From Octopus sinensis (taxonomy: Eukaryota), in contig NC_042997.1 in NCBI RefSeq assembly GCF_006345805.1, positions 95,852,001 to 95,916,000 on the forward strand: DNA of 64,000 bases, given 5' to 3'. Below, in pieces: positions 10,843 through 22,822 of the stretch. Below the pieces are notes generated by a model. The model searched no databases. It saw nothing but the letters and a program-made list of their open reading frames with translations, and had not been told where the DNA came from. Made by a program: the position numbers and the translations under genes. Position 1 is the first letter of the stretch, and each line of letters begins with the position of its first letter.

Positions 10843-11598
10843 TACTTCATCAAATTAGCCATAAAGGCTTTACATAGATGGAAGCAAATGCGGGCTGGAC
10901 AACAACACAAATGAAATGAATGATGAGTAAAATAATGATATTCATGAGAGAAGCAGACAAAACCCGCCGATTGCTGCTTCCCGAAAACATTCTTCTTCTT
11001 TCTCTTTTATATAAACAAATTGCGGTTATAGATTTCTTACAATAGTTCAATGAAGGTTCCTTTCAAATCAGGCTCTAAGCCTCTGACATTTTCCTCAAAT
11101 GGACTCCACACCCTTACAAAATGAGGTACTAAGCCTCTTACCTTTTTACAACTCGAGCTATTGAAGCTTCTTTATTCTATGCCCGACTAGGCACACTGCC
11201 TCAAGTCGGGACGTTTTAGGATAAATTTAAATATAAGCCCGGGAAAGGAGTTCATTATCCTGCACAAGTCAGTTTCCTCTATGACCTCTGCAGCCACCTA
11301 CGAAGGCCAGTCAGTTTCCTCAGTGCAGGACAGAACTCCTGCCCTCCGGCTTTTTTTTTTTGTCACCTATTTTACGAAGTTCTCTATTGCCCCTCCCTTG
11401 TGAAAGAAGAATAAAAATTCCTCGCCTATCACATAGGAAGGGGCCACAGCTTCTCCATATATCATCAAACGAAAAAGAAGAAAAACAGGGCATTGCCGGC
11501 GGTTACTATCACACTGTCGGCATGTCCCGAAACCCCGTCCGTGGGAATTTGTGCTGTGGCCCCTTCCTATGTGATAGGCGAGGAATTGTGCTTTCTTC
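10843..11598 (-). mobile_element. Copy 1 of an unclassified ORF-bearing retroelement (ORF C-terminus plus structured 3' UTR) with a 5' inversion
   Basis: The 3' UTR aligns with 33572-33870 (gccataaaggc, tgcgggctggac, cccgccga, aaaacatt, acaaaaYgaggtaYtaa.cctcttac). Peptides FHKGGAIE and DWPS*VAAEV (minus) and KKKKNRALPAV...CPETPSVGI (plus, 11455-11550) align with ORF 33889..34404. Confidence 0.75.
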
Positions 11599-12041
11599 AA
11601 TCCAAACAAGAAAGCACAAAAAAACACACAAAAAAACACAACAACGCGAGGACGTGGAACAATTAAAGTATTATTGGATGCTCAGGAAAAGAGGAAAGAA
11701 GGAGGGTTTAACGTTTCGAGCGGAGCTCTTCGTCGAAAACATAGGTGAAGGAAAGATCCAGAGAAGGGAAGACAGAGGGAAAATATCACCAACGGTACAC
11801 ACGAGGTCACATTTTGAAAGATCGGAAGGAAAAGGGTGAAGAAAGATGTTTTCAAAGACAGAAGAGTAGTATTGTCAAAGACAGCAGAATGGTAGAGGGG
11901 GAATATATGTGTAAGTGTGGATATGTGCGTGCGCGGAGGTCTGCGTGTGCGTGCGTGTGTGTATGTGTGCAATGATGACACATGTGTGTGTGCGTGCGTT
12001 TGTGTGTGCGTGTGTGTGTGTATGTGTGTGTGGTTGTGGCT
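11599..12041 (-). repeat. Downstream pseudo-LTR, with a minimal hammerhead-like motif at 11706-11740
   Basis: Direct repeat of 16989-17386. Minus strand reads GTTT-TCGACGAA-GAGC tcc GCTC-GAAA-CG-TT-AAAC. Confidence 0.9.
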
Positions 12042-12606
12042 GTAAACAAAGGGCTAGTAGTAGGGCTAGTTTGTAGGGCTAGTAGAATAAGGAGTGGTGT
12101 TTCTTTGTCCCTGCCACAGGTCAGTACTGTTACTTTGAAGTATGTGTGTGTGTGTTTTGTTTGTAGTGTGTGTGTGTATGTATGTGTGTGTTCGTGTGTG
12201 TATGCGTAGAGTTCGGGTGTGTGGCGAATAACTGTGCTTTTCTTACTTATGTGTGCGTGTGTGCTTGTATGTGCGTATGTATGTATACATGTATGTATTA
12301 TTGTGTGCTTGTATGTATAATTGTGTGCCGTGTGTATGGGATGTGTGTGTGGATTCATTTGTGTGTGTGTCTGTATGTATGTGCATGCGTGTCGTATGTG
12401 CGTGTTGTTGTGTGTGCGTGTACGTGTGCGTATGTATGTGTGTGTGTGTAAGCGTACATGGATGTATATGCGTGTATACGTGGGGTTGTGAGTTTTGGGT
12501 GTGTACATTGGTGTGCGTGTGTGCGTGCGTATGTGTGCGCATGTTTATGTGTGCGTATGTGTGTGTGTGTGTGTCTGTGCCTATATGTGTATACGTATGT
12601 GTATAA

Positions 12607-12838
12607 GGCGGCGAGCTGGCAGAAATGTTAGAACGCCGGGCGAAATGCGTAGCCGTATTTCGTCTGCCGTTACGCTCTGGGTTCAAATTCCGCCGTGGTC
12701 GACTTTGCCTTTCATCCTTTCGGGGTCTATAAATTAAGTACCAGTTACACACTGGGGTCGATGTAATCGACTTAATCCGTTTGTCTGTCCTCGTTTGCCC
12801 CCTCTGCGTTTAGTCCCTTGTGGGTAGTAAAGAAATAT
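12607..12838 (+). mobile_element. SINE type B, full length (tRNA-like head plus Nin/Deu-like domain), inserted in the Penelope 3' region
   Basis: ggcggcgagctggcagaaatgttag...gggttcaaattccgcc...gcctttcatcctttcggggtc.ataaattaagtaccag...ggggtcgatgtaatcgac...tagtaaagaaat. Confidence 0.85.
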
Positions 12839-13899
12839 ATATGTGTATACGTATGTGTGTGCGTGCGTGCGTGCGAGTGAATGTATGTATACATGTGCGT
12901 GTGTGTACAAATGTAGAGGTTTATATGTGTGTATATATATGTATGCACGCACATACGTTGTAATTGAAAGATTGATGGAAAATATTCGTGTGGGTGTATG
13001 TGAATCCACACGCACACACATACATACACTGACACACGCCTGCAATATAGCCAACCTCATATGTATGTATGTATGTTATGTATGTATGTATGTATGTATG
13101 TATGTATGTGTGTGTGTGTGAATGTATGCGCGTGTGTGTGTGTTTTTTTTTGAGTTGTGTGGTCGTAATGTGCGTGCGTGTGTGCGCTTACGTGCGTGCA
13201 TGTGTGTGTGTCTGTGCCCATGTGTGTATAAGTGTGTGCGTATTTGTATGAGTACTGTTTGTTGGAGGTATATGTGGGAATCTGTGCTGGTGTGTGTGTA
13301 TGTACGTGTGTATGTGTGTGTGCGTGTATCGTGTGCGTATGTACGTGCGTGTATGTGACCGTGGAGATGTGTGTCAGGTTGTGTTCATTTTAATGTGTGT
13401 ACGCGCGTGTCCTTGAGTATGTGAGTGTATGTGGCTATGTGTACGTTTATGTGTGTGTGTCTAAAGGTATATGTGTGTGTCTAAAGGTATATGTCTAAAG
13501 GTTTGTGTGTCTGTGTATGCTGGATGGGATAGGTTAGGTTTCTGTGCATTCTTGTGCGTGTGTGTGCGTTTGTGTACGTGTGTGTGTGCACGGGCATATG
13601 TGTGTGTGCGCGTGAGTGTGTGTGGGTGGGTGTAATTTTGTGTGTGTGCGTGTGTGTATATGTGTGGAAGTATGTGTGCGTATATGTGCGTGTATGTTGG
13701 ATGTGTGTGGTGTGTTGGAAGTATGTGTGTGTTCGTGGATACGTGAGTATGTGTGTGTATGTGTTTCTGTATAAGGACAATAATTTATAAAAACAATAAA
13801 ATAATAAAAAAACAATAAATAATATAAAAGACGTAATAGCACGTAAGGAAAGGAATGAAAAAAAAATTGCTTGTTGCGGGAGGTGGGGCGCAGTCACTA

Positions 13900-16650
13900 A
13901 GAGGAGGGGGCTGTGTTGAGTCCGTGCGTGAAGCCTGGATTGTGGAGGAACGTTGCGTGGGGGCGAGACCAAACACAGTGATGTCATCGGGGGAATGGCT
14001 GGCCGAGCAGAAGTGACGTGCAACGCGAGAATTGGAACGCAGCCGGATATCCCTTAGATGTTCGGCGAATCTGTCGGCCAACCGGCGACCCGTCTGTCCT
14101 ACATACAGCATCCCGCAGAGGTTGCATTTTATGCAATATATGGGACCAGACGAAGTGCACGTAAAAGAATGTCTAATACGTACAGTTCGCTGGTTGGAAC
14201 CGGTGACAGCAGTGGTGTTGGTGATGAAGGGGCACGTGTTGCAGAGGGATCTGGAGCACGGGAAGGATCCACATAGGGCCGAGGGGGAGGAAGGGAGGGT
14301 ACTACGGACCAGGAGATCGAGTAGATTCCGGGCTCGTTTGAAAGAGGACAGGGGTGGGTTGGGGAAGATGGGGCGGGTCCTGCGATCGAGCTGGAGACGA
14401 CGGAAGGCACACGTAGTATCTTCCGACGAAGGGGTAAAGTGGAGGGTGGAAAAGGAGGGGAAGGGGTGTGCGGTTGGGGGTTGGTGAGAGGAAAGAGAAA
14501 GGGCGGTGGTGCGGTCGATGCGACGAGCGCGGGCAAGGGCGTTCAACGCCAGGGTTGGTGGGTATCCTCGATGCCTGAACAGGCGAGCCAGGTACTGAGA
14601 CTGGGTCTCGAAATCCTGGTCGCGGCTGCACAAGTGTCGGAGGCGGAGGAACTGGGAGTAGGGGATGGCCCGTTTGGTGTGGAAGGGATGGGAGGAGGAG
14701 AAGTTGAGATAGAGGTGGGAATCCGTGGGTTTGAAGAAGGCGGAGGTGGTGAGAGAGTGGGAGGGGTGGTCGATATCAAGGAAGTTAACAGAGGTATTGG
14801 AGATAATGGAAGTGAATTGGAGAGAGGGGTGGAAGTTAGAGAGGAAAGAGATGAAGTGGCAGAGTTGTTCGCGGGAAAGGGAGGTGGCGACTATGCAGTC
14901 ATCTATGTAGCGACGGTATAGTTCTGGGGTCGACCCGGAGAATTGGGAGAATACTTGGGCCTCAATGTAGCCAACAAAGAGATTGGTGAAATTGGGGCCC
15001 ATTCTCTTTCCCATGGCGACCCCAGACACCTGTTGGTACGTTTCCCCGGCGAACGTGAAACAGTTGAGAGTGAGGACGAGCTCTTCCAGGCGGAGAAGGG
15101 TGGGGGTGCTAAGGGTGTGTTCGGGACGACGGTCGAGGAAGTATTGGAGGGTTAAAAGACCGACGTTGTGGGGAATTACAGTGTAAAGGGATTTGATGTC
15201 TAAGGTGAAGAGGAGGTGTGAGGGGCTGGAAGGGAAGGAAAAGGAATTGAAGAGACGGAGGGCGTGGTTAGTGTCATGTATGTGGGATGGGAGGGCAGCG
15301 ACTAAGGGGACAGGATGCGATCGAGGTATAGGGAAATGTGTTCAGTGGGGCAATTAGAGGCGGGAACGATGGGGCGGCCAGGGTTATTGAGTTTATGAAT
15401 TTTGGGAAGGAAATAGATGGTGGAGATTCGGAGTGTACGGACGATGAGGTTGTTGGCGGTGGGGGAGAGCAGAAGAGGAGATGAGGTCGTGGATGGTGGA
15501 TGACACTCGCTGTTGGTAGGAAGAGGTGGGATCGGAGGGGAGGAGGCGATAGAAGAGGGGATTTTGAAGCTGGCTGAGCGCTTCCTGCCTGTATAGGTCC
15601 GCGCACCACACCACCACTGCTCCGCCTTTGTCTGCCGGTCTGATGACGATGTCATTGCGGGGACGGAGGTTGCGAAGGGGAATCAATTCAGCCCGAGGAA
15701 GGTTGTGAAGAGAGGTCATTTTTTGGAGTTAAACTGGTTGACCAACTCATTGCAGTCGTTCACGAAAAAATCTAGGCTACTGAATTGGCCTGGGGGCGGC
15801 GTCCAGTTGGATGGGCGGCGCCCCAGCTCCAAAAAGCAATCCTAATTGTCGTGACGCTGTGGGGACGCGTGGAAAAATGCGCAAAGTTTGAGGCGGCGCA
15901 GGAAGTGGTTGACGTCGGTCCGTGTCTCAAATTCGTCACAGTGGCGCGTGAGAGGCGTGAAGCGGAGTCCCTTACTGAGGAGAGAGCGCTCGGCAGCGGA
16001 GAGGGGGAGATTGGGGATTATAGGGACAGCAGTGTGAGGAAACAGGGTGGTGGGATGAGTAGAATCAGGAAAAGGGGGTGCAGAGGTGTGGGGAGGAGAG
16101 TTGGGATGGTTGGGTGAAGATGGGGTAGGCGTAGGAAGGTCAGGGTGGGGTGTGGGGGTCCGTGGAGGGGGCAGGGTTTGTGAGATGGGAGGGAGTCGGG
16201 GGAGCTGGAGGGGAGGATGTAGGGGATGGGGAGGGGAATGAAGTGAAGGGTTGAGGAGGTGGTGGAGTTTTTCGTTTTTTGTGTGTGTGAGGAAATTGTG
16301 GAGTTGGTGGTTGAGATTAAGAATGAAGCAGAGAATAGGTTGGGTGTAGAGTGGAGGGCAGAGGGAGGAGAGAAGGAGGTAAGCCTGGGGAAGTTGCTGG
16401 TCAAGGGAGTGAAGGAGGAAGCGGGTGGAACGGATGGTGGCACGGATGAGGAGGCGGGAAGTGCGGGCGAGGGTGGGTTCGATGAGGGGGGAGGAATAGG
16501 AGGTGGCGTGGAACTTCAAGAGGAAGCCACGGAGTGTGACGTGATGGCGGAGGCAACGGCTAAGAAAGGAGAGATGGCTAGAGTGGCGAGTTTTTTTAAA
16601 AAAGTAAGTGAGAAAGTTTTTTTGCGGGTTGCAAGCATTGGGGAAAAAAA
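13900..16650 (-). pseudogene. Penelope-like RT/GIY-YIG polyprotein, interrupted by frameshifts and stops
   Basis: Motifs in order: LSFLSRCLR (N-terminal), DIVIRPADKGGAVVV, YFLPKIHK..NPGRPIV, FTLDIKSLYT, GVAMG..MGPNFTNLFVG, YRRYIDD (14898-14909), AIPYSQFLRLR, Cys linker FPCSRSLCNTCPF, IYCIKCNLCGMLYVGQTGRRLADRFAEH. Confidence 0.92.
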
Positions 16651-16988
16651 GCGAGAAAACCGTAAAGGGATTGAAGGTGTTGGAGGAACGAGTGCAAGTC
16701 AGGCATGTTGAGAAGTGGTGAATGTCTGTGTAGGTGTAAGTGGTGGCGACACAAGGGGAAAAATGGAGGTAGAAGAAGAAAGGTAAAAAAGGACGAGGAA
16801 AAAGTATGAGAAAAAAGTACAAGGAAAACGTGGAAGAGTCACGGACAAATTTTTTGATTTCCAATCACGATTTCAGTAGCGTACTCCGGAAGAATGGTAA
16901 TAGTAATCCGTAGGTGTAAAAATCCAGGAATTGGTATCCAAGGCACTCAGAGGGCCGGGGTCCGTGTGAGCGTGCGGTATATAAAGTT

Positions 16989-17386
16989 AATCCAAACAAA
17001 AAAGCACAAAAAAACACACAACGCGAGGATGTGGAACAAATATAGTATTATTGGACGCTCAGGAAAAGAGGAAAGAAGGAGGGTTTAACGTTTCGAGCGG
17101 AGCTCTTCGTCGAAAACATAGGAGAATGAAAGATCCAGAGAAGGGAAGACAGAGGGAAGAAAATCGCCAACACGGGGTCACATTTTGAAAGACCGGAAGG
17201 AAACGTGTGAAGAAAGATGTTTTCAAAGACAGAAGAGTAGTATTGTCAAAGACAGCAGAATGGTAGAGGAGGAATGTGTGTGTAAGTGTGAATATGTGCG
17301 CGCGTGTGTGTGTGTATGTGTGCAATGATGATACACGTGTGTGTGTGTGTGTGCGTATGTGTGTGTATGCGTGTGTGGTCGTGGCT
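16989..17386 (-). repeat. Upstream pseudo-LTR, with a minimal hammerhead-like motif at 17083-17117
   Basis: Direct repeat of 11599-12041. The 35-nt motif is identical in both copies. Confidence 0.9.
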
Positions 17387-17499
17387 AAAGATGTTTTATA
17401 AACACATTCTACCAGTATACAAAGTTTAAAAGTTTTTAGTTACCTCGAAATTATGTTAAAAACTGCCGTTCAAAAGGAAAAGATCCTACATTTGTGTAC

Positions 17500-17620
17500 A
17501 TGTGACTATGTGGCTAAGAAGGTTGCTTTCCAGCCACATGGTTTTGAATTAAGTCCCACTGCATGGTACATTGGCAAATGTCCGCTACTATCGAGCCAGG
17601 CAGATCAAAGCCTTGTAAAT
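17500..17620 (+). mobile_element. SINE type A, 5' part (degenerate)
   Basis: gtgactatgtggctaagaaggttgctttccagccacatggttttgaattaagtcccactgcatgg...caaagccttgtaaatggat. Confidence 0.65.
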
Positions 17621-18038
<418 letters not shown>

Positions 18039-20419
18039 GTGATCATAAGGTAAAAAAAAATAGTGCTGATGGTTATTTCGCTTTTGTTCATCAACTATTC
18101 ATTATATTTAGCAGTATTAACATATTGCTGCTGAACAAAGTTATATGCAGTTAATTCTCCTATATTTAGACTAACGAGGATTTGTTTATTGCATGTTCCA
18201 CAGATATAAAAGCAGAAAATATCTTGGAAAATGGAATTTGAGAAGTTGTGACGTAAATCAGTTTTTATGAAATTGTCTCAATATGAAATCGGATGAGGAT
18301 CCTAGTTAAACATTTCTGAAGAAACCATTCCGTGAATTTCTATGAATAGCTGTTAATATACACATAAAATTTCATTTGATAGAAAGTTTTTAATACTCAC
18401 ATAAATTTCTTGTTATATGTGTCTCTGTAATTGCGTCTGTGCGTCTACGCGCGCAGGTGTTACTTATAGATGTGTTGGTGGGGAATACATGTAATACTGA
18501 AGCTTGTGTTTGTTATAATATCACAGTCATACATATGTATATATATGTATACATATGTATATATAAAATAAATAGCATGTTACCTATATATATATGACTT
18601 GTCTACAGAGGTACATAAATATCAAATGAATACTCATTCAATAAATTATGTAAGGATATTAGTAAGAGATTGACCTCACTTAAGCGTATAGACACACAAC
18701 ATGGTGATCGTTAAGTCAGCCGTCCATCGTTTCTGCTATTCTGCAAACATTTAGAAATTTGATCTGTATATAACTTTTGGCTTATGTAGCAGAGATCGTT
18801 AGAGGTCATCGACACGCAATGTGGTTTCAAATCTGCTTTATACTTATTTATTTAATTTAGCTGGAATACTCTTTAAAAACCTAAGCTGAAACAGTTAATG
18901 TTCTCGTGTCTTTATAAATAAATTTACTTGTTTTTTTTAATACCATCTTTTAAAATCAAAAACCAACAGAAAATAAATAAAACGTCCATTTGGCCTTTTA
19001 TAATCATCGGTTCATAGTTTTAATCAATATTTTCCTATCGGCCTTTATTCACTTCTTCCACACACAATCCCTAATTTCATCGCCACTGGTAATTCACAAG
19101 GTGCATGAATCAGATAACACATTGGATTATATTCGATCATTTACCAAATAGTACACAAGAGATACAACTTCCATTGCTTTTCAATATTTCATAAAATATT
19201 ATTTAATAAAAATTGATTCACATTATTATAATGCCACAGATTTATAGGGAAGAATGAAGTGTACGAGTGTTACTTTATCTTCCCGGAGAGTATACAGGGC
19301 AAAGTTGATACAGAGGCAAGAAAAACATTACATAGAAATTCAAGCTTTAAGATGTCCAATAACAGTTAGTATAATTACAAATGTAATTTAGTTTCATATT
19401 TTGAATTCACAATAAGTTACAATATATATTACAGCACATTGTTTTTTCGTTCAATAGAAGTAACAAGATCGACCTCACTACAAACGCATCAATAAGAATT
19501 ATATCGAAAATTTGATCTAAATTGTAGGTTGGATGGTAAGACATTCGAAAATTGTAATGTGGCAGAATCACAGCTACATAGAAATATAATATAAATCGAA
19601 TATGTGCAATGGCAGTCGTGCAGAGCGATGGGGAATAATACGAAATACCTAAAATAATACGGGTGATAATCCAGCATATAGTTAGAGGGTGGAGTTCCGA
19701 GTTCGAATGCAAAAGTAAGCTTTAAAACATGGCTTGAAGAAAATATACATTAGAAATAAATAAGGGAACAACTACATTTGACAAGTATAGTAGTTGCTTA
19801 ATGTTGTAAGGGAAACGGTAAGCGCTTTAACTATTCAGATGTTTGGGTTCTATCAGATGAAAAGAATGACAGAAGCGGAGGGGCGGGAGAAAAAATAGAA
19901 GGGAAAAAAAGACGGAGGGTTAGAAATCAGGGGGAAATGCTGATCTCAGGAAGGGAATTGAGAAAGAGAATATGGGTGAGTCGGTAAATGCAAGTATGCG
20001 AACGTAAAAAGATGCAACTAATAATAATAATAACACACACATACGCACTCACATACGAGTGTTTTATCGAAAGCATTGTATATTTGGCATAACAGCGTAA
20101 GTCGTCCAAATTTCAAATGTTAGTTTTAGTAAATTTTCCTTGTGTTCTTCCTTTGAGGTCAAATACTGGTTTCCAAGCAGAGCCAAAGTGCCGACATTGA
20201 ATTATCTTTGAAGGAAGTGTGCCAACACCCTCATCTTAACAAGCCGTTTACTAAGATGACATCACTGTCATTAGCAATGTACACACATCATCACCATACC
20301 AATTTGATGATTGGTATGGTGATCATCCATCATCAATTTGATGGGAATACCAAAAGAGCGGAAACCATGAAGTGAGAGACTATTAACTGCAACTTTTAAA
20401 GCGGAAACACCACCAAAAT

Positions 20420-20700
20420 TGACAACTGTGCTATAATCCACGATTTGTTCAGTGGTCAACTTGCGTTACAGAAGATGGTGGAAATCTTCGTATATCGAAA
20501 AGTGTGGAAAGTGGGCTCCACGACTTCTGACAGGTAATTTCAAGAAGATATTGTAAATGTTCGATACGCTGGAGGCATTTCAAACCGTTATAAACGCGTT
20601 TAATTTTTTCCAATATGGTGTCAGCAGAAGAAACGTGGGCGTATATTTATAATCAGGAAATAAAGGCTTTGTCAGTGTCATAGTGTCTTATCTTATCTAC
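20420..20700 (+). pseudogene. Old, highly degenerate mariner transposase fragment
   Basis: IIHD...KCGKWAPRLLT (W at 20512), then NFFQ and SAEETWAYIYNQEIK. The W-to-(D)ETW spacing is 115 nt, against 117 nt in the mariner at 41572. Confidence 0.6.
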
Positions 20701-21298
20701 AAAGACTTAGAATTTTAATGGCCAACAATCGACACATAGCGTCAGAATGACTGAGGTGATAACAAGAACGTCAATCTCTTTGATGTTCTCAAATATGGTT
20801 GCATTTAAAACAAAATAGCGAGCGATACATTGAGATACTAAAAAATCTTAGTGAAGCTGAAAGTATTCCATATTTACCATAACAATGCTTGATAGCACAC
20901 GTTTTGGCAACGAATCAAGAATACTCCAGGACTTGCAAAACTCCTTATATGTCCAAGAAACTTACATGTTTCTCTGCACAACCACCTACATTGCTGATTT
21001 TAAAACTGCCGTTTGAGATGTCTGGATTATGTCATCTGCCGCCCTGCCCATTGCACAGCATAAAACTTGCTTAAGTGTTTTTTTTTTAATGCACAAATGA
21101 TTAATAACTTTGACAAATAACTAGTGACAAATGATTAGTAACTTTGATTCTGCGATGCAGTTCGAAATAATAGGATGCAGAAAGGAAGATCCACCTAGTT
21201 TATGAGTGACTATATTTATGTCCTGAATGTCCTACATTTTAACAATGGCTGACAATTACAACTAGAGAGGGCTGACAAAAGTAATTTCTCCCTGAAAG

Positions 21299-22822
21299 TT
21301 ATTACCTTGAACATAATGTTATTACCTACTGACATTTTGGAATGATTCATTTTGGAACAGACACAAATATATGATAGTTGAAAACATCATATGCCAGGTC
21401 GAAGGCACAGAGATATCGGAACTCAATGTAACATAGTTCATCTTAAAATTTGTGCACGGTGACAACTCGATCTATTAGACTTGCATTCCATCTTCAGAAT
21501 GTATCAGATAGGTACATATGTCGTAGAATCAGTACGGCTGTCTGCCATCTTGAGTAATAATAGGAAGAAGGAATTTGATACGTGCATATGAAATAGTTAC
21601 TGTCAATATGAAATCTCGAAAAATAGTTGTTTTTTTTAAATAAAGGGGTCTGTCGAGAATTGAAGATACATGTTCTGAAACACAAGTGGCAATACTGGCA
21701 AGACATACTTTATCAACACACCGCTTGACTACCTGCATCCCTAGAAATAAAAATCATTGCGTTTGCCACATCACTGTTTGAGATTGAAGTCACTGTCCTG
21801 AACGAAGGATAGACAGCGCGCACCTAAACATTATTGACAGTTACACATGCTCTATCACTAAGCATAATACCGAGAGAAAGTTAATGTAACAGGTTGATGT
21901 TTTGGTAATTGATAAAGTCGTCATAGGTCAGTGAAGTTTTTGAATCCAGTGATTGTAGACCACAAGATATCAGAGGAAGTGAGCAATAATTCGTCAAAAT
22001 GACTGTACTCCTAACGGATGATTGTAAACTTATATCGTTTCTGATTAAGCACTGAGATAGAGAACAAATTGTTCAGACAACATTTAAGCAATCTGTAAGT
22101 GGAAAGCCAAGTGCTGAAGGTTAGTCAGCGAATGATCGCCGCCAACAGTGACGCCGTCAACAGTGATATTCAGGATAATAAAAGTGGACAAATTATGAAT
22201 GAGTAACTGAGGAAGTATGTTTTCGAAAATTTAGAAAAGATAAAAAAGAAACTAACGAAAGAAATTAAGAAAAATGAAAAGGAAAATAACAATCTGCAAG
22301 ATAATTTGATCAGGCCATTTTTCTCCTACCAATGAAGTGTCACAGCATATCAACGAGTAAATTATGCGATTTTTTCTTGTCCAAGAGAAACCTTATATGA
22401 GATTCGATAAAGAAGACAAGGAGATACGTTATTTGATATAATTCATCAATACCTGAAACACGTCATACATCTTGTGGTTAAAAAAAAAACATTTTACTGA
22501 TAATGATATTCCAGAACCTAAAACTGGAAACTGGGCATTGCAACGGTGCAAGAGTGAAACCGAAGCTGCAGTGAAATGGTAAGCGGACTGCAGATGTCCA
22601 TCGGGAGATACCACGATGTCAAGAATCAAATTGCGACTCAAGGTGGGAGACCTGAACACAATTACTGCTGGAAAAGTTGCGACTGGAACCTATGCACAAC
22701 ACTTTCATAGACTACTTTGCATGGCACTCGGAGGGTGCATTCGAAGAAGAATGTTAAGATTGCGGTAATAAGAGACGAGCACCAAATGATATTCATTGAT
22801 AACATTATGTTCAAGGTAATAA
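21299..22822. repeat. Perfect 24-bp inverted repeats 1.5 kb apart (possible TIR element)
   Basis: ttattaccttgaacataatgttat (21299-21322) is the exact reverse complement of 22799-22822. Confidence 0.8.

Larger units (their letters stand above)
11599..17386 (-). mobile_element. Penelope-like retroelement (probably Neptune-type) with two direct pseudo-LTRs and a long CA-rich 3' region
   Basis: RT and GIY-YIG motifs lie between two near-identical (roughly 90% by eye) ~400-440 bp direct repeats at 11599-12041 and 16989-17386. Confidence 0.9.

Noticed and set aside
11351-11362. T12 run after an imperfect hairpin (11237-11350), first read as a poly(A) tail or Pol III terminator
   Set aside because: Homology with the copy at 34 kb continues on both sides, so the run lies inside the element's ORF region.
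14032-16711. Several plus-strand Gly/Glu/Arg-rich ORFs
   Set aside because: Antisense shadows of the C-rich Penelope coding strand.
20271-20459. Protein-looking minus-strand ORF, and a cag|gtaatt donor-like site near 20533, as a host exon
   Set aside because: The plus strand is better explained by a decayed mariner with correctly spaced motifs, and no partner exons were found.
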